NCBI GenBank assembly: GCA_048128005.1
Contig: JBEUKZ010000054.1
Span: 1,116,001-1,180,000 of the forward strand
DNA: 64,000 bases
Reading direction: 5' to 3'
DNA from: Veleropilina oligotropha
Taxonomy: Eukaryota
Shown here: positions 54,430-64,000 of the stretch, one piece after another
Layout of the letters: the number at the start of each line of letters is the position of its first letter
Position numbering within the stretch: the stretch's first letter is position 1
Notes under the pieces: generated by a model
Seen by the model: the letters and a program-made list of their open reading frames with translations, nothing else
What the model was told of the DNA's origin: nothing
Databases searched by the model: none
Made by a program: the position numbers and the translations under genes

Positions 54430-54597
54430 GTAATATCCGCCGCAGTTCATTCCATTATCGTCATAATTTGGTGGAACCGGGAAACCTTTCCTAAAAGCAG
54501 TGGCCCTACCAACTGGCTCCCACAGCCTACCGTGAGCCGACACTCCAGTGAGCCGGATCGAAAGAAAGACTGAAAAAATACTCAAGTACACAAGCAT
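54430..54597 (-). CDS. AA15-type LPMO, exon 1 (signal peptide and N-terminal His of the histidine brace)
   Basis: MLVYLSIFSVFLSIRLTGVSA|HGRLWEPVGR..NYDDNGMNCGGYY; GTaagt donor; phase 0 into exon 2; three-exon product is 203 aa. Confidence 0.93.
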
Positions 54598-54665
54598 TCT
54601 TGTATATTTGTATACCTTGACTATAAATACATAAATACCCGTAACGAGCCAGTGTTCGATAGTAT

Positions 54666-54698
54666 AAGTGAATTGTCGTTTGACATGGCGCTTTTATA
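54666..54698 (-). promoter_or_regulatory. Putative TATA box and Initiator of the LPMO gene
   Basis: Minus-strand TATAAAA at 54698-54692 and TCACTT with its A at 54669 (29 nt downstream), 72 nt before the ATG. Confidence 0.55.
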
Positions 54699-55140
54699 CA
54701 AAGCTGGTCGCGAAAATTATGTATTCGCGTCATGAAAAATCTTATTTCTAAAAACAATGCAGATAGCAATCATTACAGAGCTCTGTGGTTTGTTACTGAA
54801 ATCGGGACAAAAAATAAGACAGAAACCGCGGAAAGATCACCTTCCGTCGATTATTCAACACGCATACCCGGGGGCCCGACATCGCTCCAACACGCATACC
54901 CGGGGGCCCGACATCGCTCCACGACTAGTAGGGGAAGGTAGGCCTATAAAAGGGCGAAAGAAGGGTGAATACAAGATAATGATATATTATTACTAGTTAA
55001 ACGGTGTCTTCGACGGTTACTTTGATGGTTCGAACGTTCAGGTTTCTGCATTGTAGGCCTACATGTGTACATTTTACGAAGATCATAGTGTATGATATTG
55101 TTTTAATAGTCGTGCAAATCTGGCGATAAGAGTTGTTTGG

Positions 55141-55460
<320 letters not shown>

Positions 55461-55717
55461 TTTTTTATAGATCGTCATATATACACCGCATCAAGTAAAA
55501 GTCATATTTATTCCTTTTTGGTTTAATATCTTGTAGAATTTGACATGATTAGACGTGCATTGATTACTGGACAACTTCATTTATTAATATGAACTGCATT
55601 AGACTTAAGGAATTTTAGTTTGGTGACCTCGAAACATTAGTGGCTCCGGATATGGAGCCACTACTACGCCGGAGCCACTATTGCGGATTTTTATACGAGT
55701 ATGAGTCCACCTAATGC

Positions 55718-55867
<150 letters not shown>

Positions 55868-56019
55868 GGGATTGCAAACGGCGTTGTCCCTTGCCTCCGG
55901 AAATTAGTAAATGAATGTTTTTGGGTAATTCGCGTCCGGTTCTGCGTGGTTGTTTAGAATCTAGGATTTTAGATAGCGGCTTACTGTCCAGTTATTAACA
56001 ACGTTAAGATTCATACCAG

Positions 56020-56190
56020 GTGTCGGGAGGAAAGCCTCGTCGTCCAGTAAAATCCGCTCTGGCCGATCAGTTATGGACAACTGTAACTGTTAACCGAACA
56101 ATGTGACGATTCGAACCCACTCCTGCTAGAGCAGTCACGAGAGAGAAATGAGAGACAACACTCTAATCACCCGACTTACGGTCAGATCAA
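56020..56190 (-). mobile_element. Partial SINE copy whose head runs into a tandem array
   Basis: cgggaggaaa, ggacaactgt, gattcgaaccc (B-box reverse complement), acactctaatcac. Confidence 0.6.
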
Positions 56191-56768
56191 ATGAGAGACA
56201 ACACTCTGATTAATCACCCGACTTACGGTCAGATCAAATGAGAGACAACACTCTAATCACCCGACTTACGGTCAGATCAATGAGATACAACACTCTAATC
56301 ACCCGACTTACGGTCAGATCAATGAGAGACAACACTCTAATCACCCGACTTACGGTCAGATCAATTAGAGACAACACTCTAATCACCCGACTCACGGTCA
56401 GATCAATGAGAGACAACACTCTAATCACCCGACTTACGGTCAGATCAATGAGAGACAACACTATAATCACCCGACTTACGGTCAGATCAACACTCTAATC
56501 ACCCGACTTACGGTCAGATCAAATGACAGACAACACTCTAATCACCCGACTTAAGGTCAGATCAACACTCTAATCACCGGACTTACGGTCAGATCAAATG
56601 AGAGACAACACTCTAATCACCGGACTTACGGTCAGATCAACACTCTAATCACCCGACTTACGGTCAGATCAACACTCTAATCACCCGACTTACGGTCAGA
56701 TCAACACTCTAATCACCCGACTTACGGTCAAATCAACACTCTAATCACCCGGCTTACGGTCAGATCAA
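56147..56768. repeat. 42/43-bp tandem repeat with a 32-bp deleted variant
   Basis: aatgagagacaacactctaatcacccgacttacggtcagatc repeated. Confidence 0.95.
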
Positions 56769-57638
56769 TGTATGATTGAATCTTGTACTATTTTATTGAT
56801 GTTCATTAGACCTGCTAATTTGATTTGAATCAATATAGTTTTAAGCCTATTTAAAAAAAAATTCAGTCGCGTCTTTTTCGGGGTCCTGATTTAACGTCTC
56901 TATACGATAGTCGAATACTAATACTGTGTGCAATGGAGACGAGGTATATCTGTGACAAATGTCCGAGGATCGAACTCAAATAGCTGGCGTCGTGCCCCAA
57001 CAGCATAACAACTAATCTACGTCCTCGCCTCTCCTGTTAATAAGCTTGTAATTGTCATTCCAATTGCCATTTTAACGTTAAAGAAAACCCCGCCGACATC
57101 GAGACGATCCTTCATATTAGTATAGCGTTATACCGAATACGAACAAACCATGGTCAAGTACATTGCGATCTGCCATGTATTGCCCACTTGAATCCGGGCC
57201 CGTCCCGGATAGTCTGACGTCAATCGGGAACAACGCTATTGGTTAAACAATACATATACTGACATCCGAATCAGGCAGTAAAAATAACTAATGACCATAT
57301 TGCAGTACAAAAAACAAGTTATTCATATTTCGAACTGTTCTATGACCCCATTATACTACTTTTATATCGATTTTGACCAAATCCATTCACCAGTTTGATT
57401 AGCCGAATGTCGGTTGTGAAATATTTCCTCATCTTTAAGCAATCCGCTCTATCTCGGGGTGGATGCGTCTGTCACCACGTTGCTCCATCGTTGTGGCAAC
57501 GTTGCATTTCTACGTTGAGGCAACGTGATTTTGTATGGAGGCAATGACGTGGTCACAACGAGGCGAAGTAACGTTGAAATTTTACATTCCTACCACGTTT
57601 AGAGCACCATAACCAATCAATTATGAATTTGAATATAT

Positions 57639-57991
57639 TAGACCCTGCAGAATTATGCGCTAATTTTCATCAAAATATGCAAAAATAAAACAGCATAATA
57701 TGCACACAAATTAATGAAATTATGCAATAATATGCACCAAATTAATGAAATTATGCAATAATATGCACCAAATTAATGAAATTATGCAATATAATGCAAA
57801 TAGGTGTTTTACGAAGTCAAACGAAAGTGTTTCACTAATAAAATTTGCTTGAACTTATCATTTATTTGGAAATTTATAGGATTCTGTCATGTTATTGCAG
57901 AAACATGATAAATTATGCGCAAAAAATATTGCGATTATGCGGTCTCTTCTAAATTATGCGAAAATTAAATCGCATAATTCCGCGGGGTCTA
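57639..57991. mobile_element. MITE with TAG..CTA termini and 4-bp TSD (Academ-like)
   Basis: TIR tagaccctgcagaattatgcg / cgcataattccgcggggtcta; atat on both sides; internal aattatgc repeats. Confidence 0.7.
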
Positions 57992-58034
57992 ATATAAGTA
58001 TATATTAAGTAGCACCTAGATACGAACGCTGATA

Positions 58035-58310
58035 GGCCGCTTTGACAGCTGTGTGGTATCGGTTGTGGACTCTGAAAAATCACCGGCTTTATTCCGCTGA
58101 CGCGAACAGTACGCGTGTTCAAACCTCGGCTGGGGCATCACACATTTGTTCAAGTTAAGAATAACAGTTGTCCGTAACTGGTCAGAGAGAACGGGTATCT
58201 CCGGATGACCGGGCTTTCCTCCCGCGATAATATGGACATGTCCTGCTTTGAACCAAATAATGGTTGGAAATATACAGTATATTAAGCATCGATCCTTTCC
58301 CATCCTTTCC
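58035..58310 (+). mobile_element. tRNA-derived SINE copy (diverged)
   Basis: ggccgc head, gtgttcaaacc B-box, gggctttcctcccgcgataa, acagtatattaagcatc. Confidence 0.8.
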
Positions 58311-60380
58311 TTTCCTTGACGAACGCAGAATAGAGATATTATACACAAATAAAAATTATGAAATCCGTACCCTGCGATGTCTTCTTTTTGAAACGCGTCT
58401 TTTATTTATAACGTCTAGTGTAAGCTGGAACTTGTGACGTCACTGGCACCCCATCCGCGACGTCATACATTTTGCTAGGCATATTCCCTGACGTCACTTG
58501 TTCAAAACTTAACGACATTTCGCAAAATATATGCACATAGTAATAAGTTTATATCAATTTGTCACATTATTATACTACGATAATTTGAAGTTTAAAGTCG
58601 GCCGTTGTCCTGTAATTTTGCATATCTCGATGGTGCGCGATTTTGGTTTTCCAATATTGAAAGATCGATGGAACAATTTCAACAAGCAAAACGTTTGATA
58701 CATGGCTGACTCGGGCATGCGCAGTGGTCAATACATGACCATCCGGTTGAAGTTGCAAAGTATGCACAGGCATGTATAAATAATATGGTCATGTCCGTAA
58801 TCTATAGAACGATCTTCGTTCGCGCTTTTGCGCGAACTGTGTTCGTTATGAACATTTAGAACCACATTTAAAACTATGGAGTGCATGGATGATGTATATG
58901 CGAGTATTTATTGAGGCGTTTGCTTGAGTAACCTGACGAGAATATAGGATGTGAAAATAATATTTATACATGTTTTTATAAACATAATACAAAGGGTTGA
59001 TCAATCCGAATCTGAGGTATCTGGCAAGGCTACCGGTAGAGGCAGATTTCTCTTTGGCGCAGGTTCCTGAAAAAATGGAACATAAATCGAATACACAGGT
59101 GAATGTATGTTGAGACAATTACATTTTACAGTTTGTTTCTTGTGCCTAACTAATCTGACGTTATGAACAGAGTTATATCCACAGATCAAAATACAATGTA
59201 CATGTATATTCATGGGATAGGTAAATGCACCATATTTGTTTGAGAAGTAAAAGCGAAGATTTGCAAAATCATTCATCAATTTGTAATTAAAATAAATTTT
59301 GTTTCCGGTTCACAAATGGGATACCATACACAATCACGCAAGATGAATAATCGACTTAATACCTTGTATTTCGGACGTCCTCTGGTTAATCCGACTTGTA
59401 AATTATTGTGACTATGTACAATTGGCTAGTGGCCCTGCCTTTATTATTATGAAAATAAACTACTCATGCACTAATGAATATATTAAAATATATATCAATT
59501 AAAATTATTATGTTGTATTAGTTAAAAATTGCATATCTTCATTTGAAAATAAATTAATTATTGTCATTGTAAATATATTATTTCCATTGGAAATAAATAA
59601 ATTATAATATTTTCGTTGAAATTAATATATGTATGGAAAAAGTAAATACATTTTATTTCGGTATATGCATGAAAAGTGAGTGCTATTCAATATAATAAAA
59701 TAGACAATTATGTCATAATAAAGTCGAATGATATTCAAAATATTAAAATGGCTTTATTGCAATTGAGTAGGTGTGTTGTCAGATGAGTAGTAATCGGATA
59801 TCATTTTGAAGTAATACATGCATTATGATTTTATCCACCTGATTATCCGGTGAGTTGTAAACTAGTAACCAGGATTTGTTATCTTGGTGTATATATAGTA
59901 AGCGTTTTAAGAAACTATTGCCCTTAAATGCGCTCTTTTTTCCTTGAAAAGAAAAATAACCACATTACACTTTGTTTATAAGTTAACACAAAGAGTTAGG
60001 AATTTCCATCTCTCAACTTTTGACAGTAATTTACCACCGTTTAAATAAATCGGTAATAATAATAATTGGAGATTTATATCGTGCTGTATCCATATATATG
60101 TGCTCGCAGACGCTGTCACAATGTAATGAATATTTTAAAATAATTAAAGACGATCCGCGTTTAATTACCTCGCACCGAGTGACATTTCCAATTGACATAG
60201 TTGGAACACACTTGCTTGGTTTCTGCTTTTCAAGTAAGCTAGATTTCTACTTGACAAAATATATATTGTCCAGTTACAATAATTTCAATAAATGTCTATC
60301 ATTTGATAATATATCGATCATATCTTCGCGAAATGTGTATCAATCTGAGCGAACCGTACAATAGAGAGCGATCAGTCATG

Positions 60381-61441
60381 CTTAAATAGACTTAAATAGA
60401 ATTTGTTTGGGTTTAGAAAGTGCATTTCTGCAACTCATATAAAAACCCATTTTGGTAGCTCGGTCATCTATAGCCTTCCCTGTCTCTCAAAGTGCTCATC
60501 CAAACGATTTTTAAATTGATTTACTGATGTGGACTCCACCACCTTGACAGGAAGGGCATTCCACTCATCTACAACTCGGTTTGAGAAAAAGTATTTTCTA
60601 ACATCTAGCCTGACCCTCTTTTTGTAAATCTTGAACTTATGCCCCCTTGTTTTATTATGGTTCAACTGGAAAAAATAACTAATATCAAGATTGTCTTTTC
60701 CTGTAAACATTTTAAATACTTGAATCATGTCACCTCTTATCCTACGCAACGTTAATGTTGTAAGATCAAGGCTTCTGAGCCTATCCTCATATGTCAACGC
60801 TCTGATTTCGCCTACCAATTTTGTGGCTCTCCTTTGTACTTGTTCCAATAGTTGGATATCCTTTGAGAGGTATGGATTCCATGCTTGCACCGCATATTCT
60901 AAATGTGGTCTAACCAGTTGCTTGTATAAACGTGTTATGATGCCTTTTGACTTAAAAGTAAAATTACGCTTTATCATTCCTAATATTTGGTTTCCCTTTT
61001 TAGCTGCTTCGATACATTGATTTGATGGTTTCAATGAATTATCAATCCATACACCCAAATCTTTCTCTTTTGTCACTACTTCTAGGTCATCTCCTCCCAT
61101 TTTATAACAATATTTTTTGTTTTTGTGACCCACATGCATTACCTTACATTTGGTTGTATTGAAAAGCATTTGCCAGTCATCGGACCACTTAACCAGATTA
61201 TTTAGATCGGTCTGAAGTTTCCTTGCATCTTGTTCAGTTTCTATTATTCTGTAAAGTTTAGTGTCGTCAGCAAACTTTTTCACTAGAGATGTAATAGCGC
61301 CATCAATGTCATTCAAGTAGATTAGAAATAGCAATGGACCCAAGACCGAGCCTTGAGGGACTCCACTTAATACACTCTCCCATTTTGACTTAACCCCATT
61401 TACAACAACTCTCTGTTTTCTATTCTGTAACCACACACTGA
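60381..61441 (-). mobile_element. 5'-truncated CR1-clade LINE with an uninterrupted RT C-terminal half (ORF 60468-61441)
   Basis: SGVPQGSVLGPLLFLIYLND, FADDTKL, EKDLGV, RPHLEYA; tail (tctatttaag)2; probable TSD cagtca(t/c)g at 60373-60380 and 61442-61449. Confidence 0.95.
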
Positions 61442-61621
61442 CAGTCACGAAAAGAATGCATTTACGGGCAATAGTCTCCTTAATGTCATATGTTTTATTT
61501 GTGTATTATTTTGGCTTGTTAAAGCACATATTTTATAGTTGGTGCGAAACCTCTCAGGAAATTGTTAGCATGGGGCGAACTTGATTGAGGCGAAACCTCC
61601 AAAAACCTTAATGAACGTTGA

Positions 61622-62021
61622 CAGGTTGGGGAGAAGTCACTTTTCGGGATATACAATTTTGAAAATCTTTTTTTCCAGTCACATAACAAAAATCTGGCAA
61701 ATGTAAGTATATGAGAGCCAATGTAGGTATATGAGAGCCAATATAAGTAAATATTGCTTTGAAATTGAGCCTCGATGGTCCTTAACTTCACGGCAAACAC
61801 GGCAAATATTTTTGTTGTTTTTTCCCCGTTAAATTAAGGACCAGTACGGCATCATTTGATAACATTATTGACTTATATAGCCTCGCATATAATTACATTT
61901 GCCAGATTTTTGTTGACTGCAAAAAAAAGATTTCTAAAATTATATATCCCGAACGGGATATATATATATTCTATATCCCGATTGAGATATATATCGCGAA
62001 AAGTGACTTCTCCCCAACCTG
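61622..62021. mobile_element. 400-bp MITE with long imperfect TIRs and a 5-bp TSD
   Basis: caggttggggagaagtcacttttcg / cgaaaagtgacttctccccaacctg, extending to aaaatctggcaaatgtaa / ttacatttgccagatttt; gttga on both sides. Confidence 0.82.
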
Positions 62022-64000
62022 GTTGAGTTTAAATCAACTGTAATTGATTTGAGTTTTCCCATATCTGAATATAAACATGCCTGCATGAGTATGGACATGA
62101 GCTGTGAATCACTTCATAAAATGACTCTATTATCGCCCGCAATTGAATATTCCAGCTATGCGTGATATTTAGATGCAATCTCCTCGCATGATGTTGTTGC
62201 TACAGAGGACAGACATCAGGGGCCAAGATTATAAAGACTCTATGAAACTCAGCTATGATAAAGAGTATTGCCCTGGGCCCAAGATTATAAAGGTCTGCTG
62301 AGTACGATCTCAGACTCTGGTGACTGTTTCGTACTGAAATCAACACTCTTGATCATTGCATGTGTCGCGATTTGTTTCGACACTTTAATATATGTATATG
62401 TATTTATATGGCCTTAAGCGCCTTCCGTACACTGTTGTGAATTGTGAATCGGTGAAATGAAATTGACATTGCAGTCACCTGATATTAAACGGTCAAATCG
62501 TGCGGTTCCGCAAACAACGTTTGCCTTTTGTTATGCAAAATTATTCCCTATATAACACTGTGCTGGAAGTGAAATCTCTCTCTTTCCTTGTGGCTCGATA
62601 CCTCGCAAGGGAGGGCGTATTGTCTCGTCGTATGTTTGTGGCCATGTAAGTTGAGTGAATCCGATGTAACGTCTTTTGTTGTATTTCTGTTACTATCCGC
62701 CGTATATTTCGATCATGTAAGTTAACTTTTCACAAGTTGGCAAAATAATCTTTATAAACGTGACTTTAATTACTAACATTCTCTTGAATTTAACAGCTAG
62801 CATTGTATTTAATCGCTAGTATTAGTTTAAAATGTCGTTTAGAAATATAATATTATATAGTCTCTTGTTTCGTGATGTAAATTATCCTGGGACAGTTACG
62901 GAACCTCCGCGAGGACCTTATGCGGAACGAGGCTTCGTGCTGGTCGGGAAGTGCTACTATCAGATATTAAGAACATTATTGAAGTACTCGCATCGTATTC
63001 GTTCAAGGGTGAAGTTGGATCTCTGCGAGAAGATTGTATTTCCTGTGCATTCGCGATAAATTATGTTAGTATAAATTCTGTTAGTGTTGTACATTATTGA
63101 AATGGTTCACTGATACTTTATCTTTAACGCCTTGTGACAACATTTTCGTTTAGCGAGATAACTTGTTTCAGTTTTATTGGTAACGCTATTTACTTTCTTG
63201 CGATGAGTTAATTTAATTGTAAACGATAGAGTTAATTCATGAGTGCTTTTTGCTCATTTCTGTTTGTATTCATCACGCGGGGATGTATTATTTAATATTT
63301 ATGATATGACGGCTCTGGTTATATTTTAAAGGATCTTGTGATCACGGTGCGTTTGAGGACATGAACGCTATATTCTGAGGAGTCGCTGTACCATTTCGAT
63401 GCTAAATACGCGAGATTTGCAATATCAGCTTTTCCCTTTTTGGGTTGGTTTTAACAACCTATAGGACCGGAAGTAGAACGGTCGTTGTTGGACAACGTTG
63501 GTGTCTTGTAGTGAATCCGCTGACGGGTAGTTTTGCTACAGGTACTTGTTGTCGTGTTGGAAGATTATGATGCAAGATTTTACGGCATTTATATACTGCC
63601 GACTGTTGTGGAGATATAACCTCACCTTTATGCCAGAGTCGTATTTGTTTAATGATTGTATATCGAGTAATAACTACCTTTTTCTCCCCGTGTTATTTAT
63701 TAGGATTATTCTGAAGTTGACTCGCTAATCGATTTCAAGTCACAAAGTGTTTACAAACTTAACCATGTCAGTTTCACCTTTAGTAAATCCGCTTCTATTG
63801 TAATATGAACAATCAAGAAATAGCCGGTAACACATATCGATGTATAGCTGTGGGATAGTGTTTTATGTCTGTTATTATAGGAATGGTTAATAAATAAATA
63901 TATTAGTTTTTATTACCTGTTCATTTGAACAGAACAATTCAACTACACGATTTCCTTTATAATTGGGTTGAGTTTTTCTCTGGTATTGTCTGTCACGGTT

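Noticed and set aside
54942..54952. TATAAAA as the LPMO promoter
   Set aside because: It is on the + strand, opposite to the gene; no + strand gene found downstream
57470..57600. caacgttg-rich patch resembling CACTA subterminal repeats
   Set aside because: Short, with no termini or TSD identified
62832..63059. 75-aa ORF in a slightly GC-richer patch
   Set aside because: No recognisable domain or supporting exon structure

Overview
AT-rich animal genomic DNA, probably a lophotrochozoan invertebrate such as a mollusc (inferred from the gene and transposon families; not provable here). Three host genes are supported. (1) The last five exons of a large + strand gene (403-7295). (2) An intronless class A GPCR of the FMRFamide-receptor-like/Srw type (31126-32337, -). 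(3) A complete three-exon, secreted AA15-type lytic polysaccharide monooxygenase (45328-54597, -) with a TATA+Inr core promoter; its last exon is missing from the ORF track. The rest is mostly repeats: minisatellites (16, 21, 25, 36, 39, 42, 48, 56 and 69 bp units), (TA)n tracts, a 2.6-kb tandem duplication, a dead Tc1 element, two CR1 3' fragments, Tx1 and RTE LINE fossils, Helitron/HINE elements, MITEs and a tRNA-derived SINE family. The most unusual structure is a 5.4-kb spacerless palindrome (36369-41781). It has IS3EU-type TATGG..CCATA ends and a perfect 6-bp target-site duplication, folds back at a palindromic 21-bp repeat, and splits a Tx1 endonuclease motif. Most long ORFs in the supplied track are read-throughs of tandem repeats.
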